A stretch of DNA of 63,999 nt, filler included, from an uncultured Methanosarcinales archaeon (GCA_964608065.1; 4 parts of 4 records of this genome joined end to end with filler, not necessarily neighbours in it); one strand, 5' to 3'; counted from the whole stretch's first letter, positions 20,440 to 28,913 are shown. Numbers and translations are program-made. Notes: generated from the letters alone by a model not told the origin.

Positions 20440-20974
20440 TACAAAGAAAATTGTTTCTGCAACTATGCTTGCAGCTCTGTCAATATTGTTTCAATTAAGC
20501 CCTTTCTGGCCTACAACTTGGGGTATGAGGATTGATTTAGTAGCTGTGCCTTGGTTTATTTCATTGTTTTTGTTTGGTTTATGGCCTGGTTTGTTGACAG
20601 CTGTAATCACCTGTATTTTTATTGGATTTGTTGCTCCAAGTTCTTGGTTAGGCGCTTTAATGAAATTTTCAGCAACCATACCTATATTATTGACTATTGG
20701 ATTAGTTCAGTTAAAGAAATTTAAACCAAAATTACAGACTCAATTATTCTTTATTACTCTTGTACTAGCTATAATTATAAGATGCGTGTTAATGGTTTAC
20801 ATAAACTATTATTTTGCTTTACCGATTTGGTTAAAGATGTCAACAGAGCAGATTATGCAGCAATTTCCAATGTATATGATTATAGTTCCAAATGCAGTAC
20901 AATCAGTTATAGATTTTTTTGTTGCTTGGCTTATTGTTTTCAAGACGAGGTTAAAGGATAAGATAGAGGTTTAA
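20432..20974 (+). CDS. ECF transporter S component (probably riboflavin)
   Basis: Multi-TM protein with AALSILFQ..RIDLVAVP pattern, between the riboflavin kinase and an ECF ATPase. Confidence 0.75.
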   Translation: MDNTKKIVSATMLAALSILFQLSPFWPTTWGMRIDLVAVPWFISLFLFGLWPGLLTAVITCIFIGFVAPSSWLGALMKFSATIPILLTIGLVQLKKFKPKLQTQLFFITLVLAIIIRCVLMVYINYYFALPIWLKMSTEQIMQQFPMYMIIVPNAVQSVIDFFVAWLIVFKTRLKDKIEV

Positions 20975-20989
20975 TAATAATAATAAAAA

Positions 20990-21164
20990 ATGATAGATCT
21001 GAATAATGTTTCTGTTTCTTATAAAGATTATAATGTAATAAAAAACCTAAATCTAAAGATAAAAAAAAAAAAATTTATTGGTATAATAGGCAGTAATGGT
21101 TCTGGAAAATCAACTTTGGCTTATTTACTTGCTGGTGTAATCCCTGGTTTAATAAAAGCTGAAG
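20990..21164 (+). CDS. ECF/ABC ATPase, 5' fragment at contig end
   Basis: Walker A GSNGSGKST followed by LAGVIP. Confidence 0.85.
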
Positions 21165-21264
21165 NNNNNNNNNNNNNNNNNNNNNNNNNNNNNNNNNNNN
21201 NNNNNNNNTTAATTAATTAANNNNNNNNNNNNNNNNNNNNNNNNNNNNNNNNNNNNNNNNNNNN
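21165..21264. other. Artificial contig linker
   Basis: N run containing TTAATTAATTAA (stops in all frames); the same linker occurs at 41872-41971 and 62374-62473. Confidence 0.95.
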
Positions 21265-21277
21265 ACAAGTTGAATTT

Positions 21278-21303
21278 TACTACACCCCTTTTATAGTTCA
21301 AAT
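21278..21303 (-). repeat. Repeat B, partial copy
   Basis: TACTACACCCCTTTTATAGTTCAAAT, 25/26 identical to the core of 22403-22472. Confidence 0.8.
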
Positions 21304-21375
21304 CCTTTTTTAATTTTTAAAAAAAATTTTTAAAAAAAAAAAAAAAAAAGCTTCGAAGAGCCTAAAAAAAAAATC

Positions 21376-21669
21376 CTATGGTTTTATTCTGTATTTTACT
21401 TGGTTCTTTAATATTACTGCAGACTTTACTTTTTCCAATTCATCTATTGCGGGTTCATAATCCCTGCTTATGCTATATAAAGTTTTTTCAAGTAATTCCA
21501 GTGTTTCTAATGGTAATCTATAATAGGGAGCAGCTCCACTCCCATTTACAGACTCCAACCAATTTTTAACTAAAGTGTATTGTTTTTCCTGTTGTATCTT
21601 TATTTTTTTTGTATCTTCTACTATACTCTCTAATTCTTTAATTTTTTCTCTATCTACTAGTTTGTACAT
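21376..21669 (-). CDS. Hypothetical helical protein
   Basis: 97-aa ORF with strong GGGGAGGT SD. Confidence 0.65.
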   Translation of the reverse strand: MYKLVDREKIKELESIVEDTKKIKIQQEKQYTLVKNWLESVNGSGAAPYYRLPLETLELLEKTLYSISRDYEPAIDELEKVKSAVILKNQVKYRIKP

Positions 21670-21791
21670 TTTTCATTACCTCCCCATTTCTGGATAGTTG
21701 TATTGCTTAAGGAGTTTAACCTAAAAGCAACCATAGAAAAAAAAAAAAACTATAGAGAAATATCTCTAATGATAAAAACAATGAATTAGAA

Positions 21792-21854
21792 TTAACAACA
21801 ACAAGAAGTAAGAACTAATAAAATCTCTTCTTTTGAAATTTTATTTTGTCTCAT
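21792..21854 (-). CDS. Putative leaderless uORF MRQNKISKEEILLVLTSCCC
   Basis: TTTAAATA box about 25 nt upstream of the ATG; followed by a TAGAGA-TATT-TCTCTA hairpin and a T run. Confidence 0.4.
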   Translation of the reverse strand: MRQNKISKEEILLVLTSCCC

Positions 21855-21896
21855 GATATAGTTAGAATTATGTCATGATATTTAAATATTTCTACT

Positions 21897-21938
21897 AAGC
21901 ACCATAAATAACTTAAACAAAAGTAGTCCTCCTATTTA
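21897..21938. repeat. Repeat A copy 1 (short, internally deleted)
   Basis: AAGCACCATAAA-TAACTTAAACAAA-AGTAGTCCTCCTATTTA. Confidence 0.8.
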
Positions 21939-21954
21939 AATAAAAAAAAAAAAC

Positions 21955-22392
21955 TTATTGGTTTCGATTATATTCGTACATTTGTTCAAGAATCCAATCC
22001 CCATATTGTTGGTGAAAGTATTTCCAATGAGAATCCACTAATCTATTTATTGTACGCATATTGTCATTTCTGATAAAAGCAACACTTTTTCTCTTATCTT
22101 CTCTTGGTTCTTCTAAAAATTTCTCATCATTTGAAAAATCATAATCATCTAAAGCTGTATTGAAAGAATCGATCTCAGTTATTTCTGATTTAAAATTTAG
22201 TGGGGGATTTCGACCTATAAGTAGGGCAGAAAAAGAAGCCTTAACTATGTACCTCTTGGTTTCTTTCCCATTAGATGTGTAGATTAACAATACAGGTGCT
22301 TTTCCAAAATTGAGATATTTAATTTCAGCACCTAGTTTATCCTCTAAGTCACTTACAAATTCAGGTTGTTCTGGGTATTCTGTAATTTTCAT
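21955..22392 (-). CDS. Hypothetical protein
   Basis: ORF; likely start MKITEY at 22392 after a GGAGGG SD at the edge of repeat B. Confidence 0.65.
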   Translation of the reverse strand: MKITEYPEQPEFVSDLEDKLGAEIKYLNFGKAPVLLIYTSNGKETKRYIVKASFSALLIGRNPPLNFKSEITEIDSFNTALDDYDFSNDEKFLEEPREDKRKSVAFIRNDNMRTINRLVDSHWKYFHQQYGDWILEQMYEYNRNQ

Positions 22393-22402
22393 ATTAAACC
22401 CT

Positions 22403-22472
22403 CCAAGAACTCTTGGAGTATATACTATACCCCTTTTATAGTTCAAATTCATTTATGGTTTATAAATTTAAT
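22403..22472 (-). repeat. Repeat B: 70-bp promoter/leader unit
   Basis: Identical to 30862-30931; contains TTTATAAA, palindrome AGTATATACT and hairpin CCAAGA-AC-TCTTGG. Confidence 0.95.
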
Positions 22473-22560
22473 TGTTTTCTCTATTGAGGTCTGTAATTGG
22501 ATTGAAAAGTGTGATAATTTATAGCAATTTATTTATATTTCAAAAGCTTATTCTATTAAC

Positions 22561-22677
22561 ATGGACAAAAAAACAGAAAAGAAGCTAACCAAGATATTAC
22601 AAATAGGTGTTCATGTACTTGCAATAACCTGTATATTGATAGCACTATATGGAGTTTATACCACATGGGGCAAATGA
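22561..22677 (+). CDS. 38-aa single-TM micropeptide
   Basis: MDKKTEKKLTKILQIGVHVLAITCILIALYGVYTTWGK; ATGA overlap with the next ORF. Confidence 0.55.
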   Translation: MDKKTEKKLTKILQIGVHVLAITCILIALYGVYTTWGK

Positions 22678-22778
22678 AAATATCAAAAAAACTAATAGAT
22701 CAGATTAAGATTGTAATGATCATCATATGTGTTGCAGCAATCCTCTTTGCAGTTTTGAAAACGTTTGGTGTAATCTGA
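22674..22778 (+). CDS. 34-aa single-TM micropeptide
   Basis: MKISKKLIDQIKIVMIIICVAAILFAVLKTFGVI; TGATG overlap with the next ORF. Confidence 0.55.
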   Translation: MKISKKLIDQIKIVMIIICVAAILFAVLKTFGVI

Positions 22779-22874
22779 TGAACAAAAAAAAAGACGCATT
22801 AGCAATTCTGTTTTTGACGATTGCAATAGCAGCATTTGTATTGTTTTTTTTTTAAAATATTTGGTGTGATTTAG
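22778..22874 (+). CDS. Single-TM micropeptide paralog with a frameshift in a T10 run
   Basis: MNKKKDALAILFLTIAIAAFVLFFF then, with one T fewer, KIFGVI-stop, matching KTFGVI of the preceding ORF. Confidence 0.5.
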
Positions 22875-22892
22875 TAAACTTTTTAAGTCGTG

Positions 22893-22914
22893 GAGTATTC
22901 TCGAGTTATAGGTG
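22893..22914 (+). repeat. Repeat C: shared 22-bp leader/SD
   Basis: GAGTATTCTCGAGTTATAGGTG identical at 23174-23195. Confidence 0.9.
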
Positions 22915-22920
22915 TTTTGA

Positions 22921-23148
22921 ATGTCATACGCTGAATGGTATCGTGCAATTGCTATGCAAAATTTTGGATTTGAGGATAGAATAAATGAACGGCCTCCAAC
23001 TAAAGATGGTTATTGTGAGCATTCTTTTGATTATAAATTTGGTTACAATGGATTTAAAATGCAAGGTACGTTTGACTTAATACATAATTCTAGCCCATTA
23101 ATAAAAGAAAAGGAAATTGACAAACTTCTAATTCCATTAATAAAATAA
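22921..23148 (+). CDS. Small hypothetical protein, tandem paralog 1
   Basis: Shares H..YK(F/W)GYNGFK..GTFDL and I.KLL.PL with 23202-23450. Confidence 0.75.
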   Translation: MSYAEWYRAIAMQNFGFEDRINERPPTKDGYCEHSFDYKFGYNGFKMQGTFDLIHNSSPLIKEKEIDKLLIPLIK

Positions 23149-23201
23149 AAAAAAGCAACACTTTTATAGTCGTGAGTATTCTCGAGTTATAGGTGAAATA
23201 A

Positions 23202-23450
23202 ATGCCAGGTGGAGGATATAGAGAAGAGGACCAAATAGCAAGAGGGGCGTATCTAGATAGCATTAATGGAAGAGACCCTAAAGATGATAGTAATAACCAT
23301 ACATGGTCATATAAATGGGGTTATAACGGCTTTAAACTCACAGGAACATTTGATTTAACACCCGGTGGTACGATGACAAGTACATTAACAAAAAAAGAGG
23401 AAGATATTAACAAACTTCTAATGCCTTTATTAGATTTAAAAAATAAGTAA
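23202..23450 (+). CDS. Small hypothetical protein, tandem paralog 2
   Basis: HTWSYKWGYNGFKLTGTFDL...DINKLLMPLL; AGGTGA SD. Confidence 0.75.
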   Translation: MPGGGYREEDQIARGAYLDSINGRDPKDDSNNHTWSYKWGYNGFKLTGTFDLTPGGTMTSTLTKKEEDINKLLMPLLDLKNK

Positions 23451-23453
23451 CAC

Positions 23454-23561
23454 TTTTCCTTCTTCCACTACAGGGAGTAAGCACCATAAACAACAACTTA
23501 AACAAACGTAATAAGTAGTCCCCCTATTTATTCTCATACTGATTTTTTTTTTACTGAATTC
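23454..23561. repeat. Repeat A copy 2
   Basis: ..CCACTACAGGGAGTAAGCACCATAAACAACAACTTAAACAAACGTAATAAGTAGTCCCCCTATTTA..TTTACTGAATTC. Confidence 0.92.
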
Positions 23562-23641
23562 TAATTATTGATAAAAGCCCTAATAAAGTTTGGGATGTTT
23601 ATTTATTGATTTAAAAAAAACCAAAAAGTTTATATATAACT

Positions 23642-23660
23642 TTAGATTAGAGTAATCTAA
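23642..23660. promoter_or_regulatory. Candidate autoregulatory operator of the first HTH-MNT/HEPN operon
   Basis: TTAGATTA-GAG-TAATCTAA perfect 8-bp inverted repeat between the TATA box and the start codon. Confidence 0.6.
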
Positions 23661-23677
23661 CTAAAGGTTAGAGTAAG

Positions 23678-24271
23678 ATGGAAATCAGCGAGAATGGAAA
23701 AAAGGCTTTGAAGATTATCTTCACAGATTTTTTAACTAATTATAACTCCTATAACATAAAAGACAGGATTGGGGTTAGTGATGTTGGAAGCTTAAAACTA
23801 TTAAGAAGTTTAAAAGAAAAAAATATTTTAACAAGCGAAAAAATGGGAAATGCTATTTTTTACAAGACAAATCTTGAAAACCAATATGCATTAAAATTGC
23901 TAGAACTGATTTTTCTAGATCATAGCAACTTGTCCAATTATTTAAAAGGCTGGATTCAAGATTTAAAGTCTTTTGCTCCTCTAGCCAAATCAATATTGTT
24001 ATTTGGTTCTATCTTAAAGAAAGGGAAGAATGCTAAGGACGTAGATGTTTGTTTTATATTGGATGCTAAAGATTATGTTCCAGTACAAAGGCAGATTCAT
24101 GAGATGGACAGAAAAAACCGTTTAAAAATACACCCCCTTCTTTTGACAAAGAAAAAGTTTGAAGAAAAACTAAGGGAAAAAGACAAGCCTTTGGTAGACA
24201 TGGCCAAAAATTGCGTGGTAGTTTATGGCCAAGAATTATTTGTTAAGGTGTTAAAGAATGTCCAAAGCTAA
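23678..24271 (+). CDS. wHTH-fused minimal nucleotidyltransferase (MNT antitoxin)
   Basis: N-terminal wHTH; LFGS..KG...DVDV nucleotidyltransferase motif. Confidence 0.85.
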   Translation: MEISENGKKALKIIFTDFLTNYNSYNIKDRIGVSDVGSLKLLRSLKEKNILTSEKMGNAIFYKTNLENQYALKLLELIFLDHSNLSNYLKGWIQDLKSFAPLAKSILLFGSILKKGKNAKDVDVCFILDAKDYVPVQRQIHEMDRKNRLKIHPLLLTKKKFEEKLREKDKPLVDMAKNCVVVYGQELFVKVLKNVQS

Positions 24272-24764
24272 GAATATGGTAAAATGGTGTCTGAATAAGG
24301 CAAAGAAAGAGTTAGAAAAAGATCAAAAGCATAGAGGCTTAATACAAATAAAACCCGATGATAAATTAGCACAGGATTTTATTGCAAAAGCAGAGCACAA
24401 TCTTGAAGTTTTTATGGTGAATAAAGAGCATAGATTTTATGATTGGACAATAAATATAGGCTTTTACGTTATGTATCATTGCTGCTTAGCCATTATTACT
24501 AAATTTGGCTATGAAACTAGAAATCAGGAATGTACTTTAGCATTAATTGAAAGTTTAGTTGAAGATAAAAAGATAGATGAGGATTTTAAAAGATACATTG
24601 AAGCCATAAAGTCCAGTACTAAAGAAGAGGAAAAACAAATCATGCCTATGCGTGAAACGTATCAATATACTCCAGTCATAGACATTGATGTGAAGAAAGT
24701 TGAAGAACTTCTTGAAATCTGTCAGGATATGATTAAGGATACTAAAGGCATTGTTCAGGGTTAG
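24258..24764 (+). CDS. HEPN domain protein (toxin)
   Basis: KAEHNL, FYVMYH, RNQEC, RETYQY; overlaps the MNT gene. Confidence 0.8.
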   Translation: MSKAKNMVKWCLNKAKKELEKDQKHRGLIQIKPDDKLAQDFIAKAEHNLEVFMVNKEHRFYDWTINIGFYVMYHCCLAIITKFGYETRNQECTLALIESLVEDKKIDEDFKRYIEAIKSSTKEEEKQIMPMRETYQYTPVIDIDVKKVEELLEICQDMIKDTKGIVQG

Positions 24765-25010
24765 TTGATAGAGAGAATTAGAAGAAATAAACATCTATGT
24801 ATTCAAAAACCCAACAAAAAAAGAAAATGCAACAAATAGATAAGAATGTAAAATTAGTAAATAAATTAATCAAATTCTGTATAAAGCATTTTAATGATTA
24901 TGAGCATGATTTTAAAGTATACTAACAATCTACTGCTTTTATTTTCTTTAAAAAAAAAAGTAATTTTTTTATACTTTAAAATAACCTAATTCTATATAGG
25001 GGTGGTTTAA

Positions 25011-25331
25011 ATGAGTAGAATAACTACTGATGAAGATGGTGATAGGGTGATTCTTCATGATGATGGAAGTTATGAAGAAGTAGACAAGGGTGGTTGTTTC
25101 ATAGCAACAGCTGCTTATGGAACGCCTTTTGCTGAAGAAATCAATATTTTGAGAGAATGGAGGGATAGCTTTTTAACGAAACATACTTTTGGAAGAATTT
25201 TTGTTAATTTTTACTATAAAAGCAGCCCACCAATTGCTGATTTTATAAGAAATAAGAAAAGTCTGAGAGCTATTGTTAGATTTTTGTTAAATCCCATTGC
25301 TAAATTATTAAAAAGTATTTACAAAAAATAA
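25011..25331 (+). CDS. CFI-box-CTERM domain protein
   Basis: GCFIATAAYG...ILREWRD...FVNFYYKSSPPIA. Confidence 0.85.
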   Translation: MSRITTDEDGDRVILHDDGSYEEVDKGGCFIATAAYGTPFAEEINILREWRDSFLTKHTFGRIFVNFYYKSSPPIADFIRNKKSLRAIVRFLLNPIAKLLKSIYKK

Positions 25332-25332
25332 G

Positions 25333-25722
25333 GTGACTCGAATGAATAAAAAAAAGTTTTTTTTGGGATTAGCAATTCTATTAATATTTGGTTTCTTATT
25401 TTATGTTTCTTTATCTAGCCTCAATCATGTAAGGTCTAAATGTGAAGCATGCACATTCGGATATGAAATAAATACTGCTAGAATTATCAAAGAGTTAAAT
25501 CAGGATTTAGATGATCTCCCTATCATAGAAGAAGTTTGTAAGTCTGATTGTGAAAATTTTGAACTCTTTAGAAATCTTACGTTAGGCTTCGGATTAATAA
25601 CTTTAATTGGTTTTTTCTTATTTGTATCCGGTATATTTTCAAAAAGTAAATATAATCAAATTAAAGAAGATGAAAAAGCAAGGTTAGAAGCAAGAAATGA
25701 ATTTGAGAGAAAAAAAAAATAA
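25333..25722 (+). CDS. Two-TM membrane protein with a Cys-containing external loop
   Basis: Two hydrophobic helices flanking CEAC...C...C. Confidence 0.6.
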   Translation: MTRMNKKKFFLGLAILLIFGFLFYVSLSSLNHVRSKCEACTFGYEINTARIIKELNQDLDDLPIIEEVCKSDCENFELFRNLTLGFGLITLIGFFLFVSGIFSKSKYNQIKEDEKARLEARNEFERKKK

Positions 25723-25724
25723 CA

Positions 25725-26939
25725 TCATTCCATCAACTTTAACAAATCTTCTAACAAAACAGGTTTATAATCAATTACCTCTACACTTACATTAATTGTT
25801 TTATTCTCTTTATGAATTATAGGAAATTCAGGCTTATTATTGTGATGATGTCCATGAATTATCCACCCTTTCCAGTCTTTAGGAGCATCTTCTGGGTCAT
25901 GTACAAGAAAGAACTTCTTACCTTTGTAGGTTATTATAAGCTTATCAAAGACATTAGTTTTCCTTGAGATACTTTCATGATTACCTTTAATAAAATAAAT
26001 ATTACCATTAAGTTTGCTTAGCCAGTGATCTGTACTTTTGCTTCCTCTACCAAATGCCATGTCCCCTAAGAAAAAAACAATATCATTCTTTTTAACTGTA
26101 CTATTCCATTTATCTAACATACTTTCATTCATTTCGTTTGCAGATTTGAATGGCCTTTTACAGTATTTGATTATATTAGTATGGTCAAAATGATTATCAC
26201 TAATAAAGAATATTTTTCTTTCCCTAAACCTATTAAGAATCTTACTAATAAATCCTTCTTTAATATCATCTATGTCTATCTCTTCAGTAGGTATAATTGG
26301 TTGGATATGCCTATCACTAACATTATTTTTACCACCATCAAAATATTTCTTCAGCCTATCAAATGTTTGCGTAAGTATTGCTCTACTTTTTGCTTCATTT
26401 CTATTAAATAACCTCTTTAACATAAAATCATACTCATATAGTATTTTAGAATTTTTTATAATAGCAGCTCTTAGTAAAATATGTTTGTAATTAGGCTTTG
26501 GTTTTTTACTGATATACTTCTTAACAGCCTTAAACTTGCTTGGACTTAATTTCATAGCAATAGTTGCGTGAAAATGAAACTTCCTTTCTAAATCATATGA
26601 TTTAAGATAACAATAAGGTTTGATTGCTCTTGCTAACTCCCATCTAAATTTATCTAGTTGATCGCTTGGGTTAATATCAATATAGACTACTCTATTATCT
26701 TCAAAAGTGTTATAACCTACAACCTTAAAACCCATAACACCGTGCTTCTTACATAACCCTTTAAAATCAGATACAAGATTCCTTTGATTCCTTGTATTAA
26801 ATGGACCTGCAAGTGATACGTGGGGTACAGGCCTATGTGGTGGTCTGATACGGAACTTTTTATTAATTTCCCATATTAAACTTTTAGCTTCCCCTTTTGC
26901 TTTTCCAAAAAATCTGAATTCAATTAGATAATGAGTCAT
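25725..26939 (-). CDS. 2H phosphoesterase fused to a calcineurin-like metallophosphoesterase
   Basis: N-half: PHVSL and FHATI (two HxS/T motifs); C-half: SDNHFDH, LGDM, GNHE, HGHHH. Confidence 0.85.
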   Translation of the reverse strand: MTHYLIEFRFFGKAKGEAKSLIWEINKKFRIRPPHRPVPHVSLAGPFNTRNQRNLVSDFKGLCKKHGVMGFKVVGYNTFEDNRVVYIDINPSDQLDKFRWELARAIKPYCYLKSYDLERKFHFHATIAMKLSPSKFKAVKKYISKKPKPNYKHILLRAAIIKNSKILYEYDFMLKRLFNRNEAKSRAILTQTFDRLKKYFDGGKNNVSDRHIQPIIPTEEIDIDDIKEGFISKILNRFRERKIFFISDNHFDHTNIIKYCKRPFKSANEMNESMLDKWNSTVKKNDIVFFLGDMAFGRGSKSTDHWLSKLNGNIYFIKGNHESISRKTNVFDKLIITYKGKKFFLVHDPEDAPKDWKGWIIHGHHHNNKPEFPIIHKENKTINVSVEVIDYKPVLLEDLLKLME

Positions 26940-26944
26940 TTTAA

Positions 26945-28741
26945 TTAAATTTCTCCTTCCTGCTTCTCAGCACCATCCCAAAATGCCATTCCTTCATCTC
27001 CTGTAGTACAAGGTCCAGCACCTAAGCCATAGGAATCTGTATTTGCTCCTAAAAAAACACAAGCCCCCTTATAACAAGCAGCAACCCCCAACGTATGAGT
27101 AGGGTATAGGAGATTATATCTATGGCCCCTACTACCCATCCAACTATCAACCTGTGCCTTTGAATCAGCATAAGAAGCATAATCTACTTCGTCTCCATAA
27201 TATCCATACATAACTGCACCAGCATTTTCCGCTATTGTATAACCACCAAGATTATAATCTGCTTTGAAATCCTTTAAACATTTACCATCGGGAGTCACAT
27301 GGTCAAAATATTTTCTATCATACATATCTTTACATCTAAATATTGCTAACTCATATAAATCATCACTCCATTTTAACTCACTCCTATCATTCTGCTTTCT
27401 TAACTCATTAATATATTCAAGAGTTTCTAGAGCTTCTGCCTTGTTACTATCAATACAATCACCTTTCCATGGTTTATATCCTCTATCACACCCACAATGT
27501 TTAGAATCCTTGATTAAGTTTCCTGCACTACAAAAATAAGGTTTTTGTTTTGAGCATTCCCCATAAATAGTGCCATCAGAACATCTTTTAATCTTTTCGC
27601 ATTTTTTTCCAACCTTTTTATAATCTGCAAGACAACCGCATAAATCAGAATTATCAATTAATTCTCCTCCAACACATTGTTTTGGTTTATTTGTTGAACA
27701 TTCAGGTTCTAAAGTACCATCCCTACATTTTACTATTTTAATACATTCATTTTTATATAATCTCTCGCCATTTGGACATCCGCATTTTATAGGGTTTTTT
27801 ACCAGTCCGGATAAAGAACAATAATACAGTTTATCTTCTGAACATTCTTCAAGTTTTGTTCCATCTTCACACTTTAATTCTTTACCTAATAAATTGAAAA
27901 CAAAAGACTTAATTGTAGGGTATCTAGGTTTAGTAACATTTTTTACAGTTTTTTCCATATATTCGGTTATTTTTTTCTTTGTTACAATTCCTTCTGGATT
28001 TCTCTCACTAAGCTCAATTTTTTTTGGCTCTAAGAGAAGTGTTTTGTATTTTCTTCTAAAAATTCCCCTAATTTTATACACTTCTTTTGTTGTACCTTTT
28101 TTTGGAAATAGACTTCTATAACTATAACCCATTTTAATCAAATCAATAGTATTATCATAGTCATCAGAAATACTTTCAACATATACCCCTGCAGTTTCAG
28201 TACCCTTTATATATCTCTTTAAGAAAGCTTTTAATTCTATTTCTTCACCTTCTATATCATAAATATTTTCTAAAAATTCTTTAAAAGATATTTTACTAGA
28301 AAGTGTTTCATTATAAAATATGGTTTTTATTGCTGGTTCTTCTTCAGTTACTTCTTCCTTAACCTCACTTAAAGTTCCATAAAGAACAGCTATTATAATC
28401 AATACAAGAAAGATTAATAGTTTGATAACAGAAGATAATTTTTTCTTTTTTCTGCGCGGTTTTTTAGCACGTACATCTTTGATTGGTATGGTTACATATT
28501 CTCTTCTGTGTTTATCATGAACTTTATGATAATGTTTTTTCCTTCTTCTTTTATGATAACTCCCTCTCACTTCTCTTTTTTCAATTCTTTTTGGTCTTGT
28601 GAATGTTCTTACAAATTTAGGTTTTTTAACCCATTCCCTATACGCTTCCTTAAATGATTTAGTACTATCAGTATCTTTTAATTTATCCTTTGTATCATAT
28701 ACAAACTCTTTGTTGCCCCCTGTATGAACTCTGACTTTCAT
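26945..28741 (-). CDS. Membrane-anchored CAP/SCP-domain protein with Cys-rich repeats
   Basis: TM helix; three CxDGTxxxECSxxK repeats; C-terminal INELR, YFDH, AEN, WMGSRGHRYNLL; likely start MKVRV at 28741. Confidence 0.8.
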   Translation of the reverse strand: MKVRVHTGGNKEFVYDTKDKLKDTDSTKSFKEAYREWVKKPKFVRTFTRPKRIEKREVRGSYHKRRRKKHYHKVHDKHRREYVTIPIKDVRAKKPRRKKKKLSSVIKLLIFLVLIIIAVLYGTLSEVKEEVTEEEPAIKTIFYNETLSSKISFKEFLENIYDIEGEEIELKAFLKRYIKGTETAGVYVESISDDYDNTIDLIKMGYSYRSLFPKKGTTKEVYKIRGIFRRKYKTLLLEPKKIELSERNPEGIVTKKKITEYMEKTVKNVTKPRYPTIKSFVFNLLGKELKCEDGTKLEECSEDKLYYCSLSGLVKNPIKCGCPNGERLYKNECIKIVKCRDGTLEPECSTNKPKQCVGGELIDNSDLCGCLADYKKVGKKCEKIKRCSDGTIYGECSKQKPYFCSAGNLIKDSKHCGCDRGYKPWKGDCIDSNKAEALETLEYINELRKQNDRSELKWSDDLYELAIFRCKDMYDRKYFDHVTPDGKCLKDFKADYNLGGYTIAENAGAVMYGYYGDEVDYASYADSKAQVDSWMGSRGHRYNLLYPTHTLGVAACYKGACVFLGANTDSYGLGAGPCTTGDEGMAFWDGAEKQEGEI

Positions 28742-28782
28742 AATTACTATAAGAATAAAACGTAATATAAAAAATTTGCTAA

Positions 28783-28888
28783 TTTTCCTCCATCCACCAC
28801 AGGGGGTGGGGACCATAAACAACAACTTAAACAAATGTAATAGGTAGTCCCCCTATTTATCCTCTATTGATTTTTTTTTACTGAATTC
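28783..28888. repeat. Repeat A copy 3
   Basis: ..CCACCACAGGGGGTGGGGACCATAAACAACAACTTAAACAAATGTAATAGGTAGTCCCCCTATTTA..TTTACTGAATTC. Confidence 0.92.
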
Positions 28889-28913
28889 AATTAATGATTT
28901 TAAAAACCAAAAG

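Noticed and set aside
21165..21264. TTAATTAATTAA palindrome repeated three times within N runs (also 41916 and about 62418)
   Set aside because: Artificial all-frame-stop linker used to concatenate contigs; not biological.
22393..22452. Shared N-terminus MNLNYKRGIVYTPRVLG on two ORFs (also 30852-30911)
   Set aside because: This is repeat B. Its ATG lies only 6 nt after the TATA box and SD-like sequences precede the downstream ATGs, so it is probably untranslated, although both stay in frame.
24765..24930. Short ORF-like stretch after the first HEPN gene
   Set aside because: About 40 codons with no SD or recognisable motif; probably a gene remnant.
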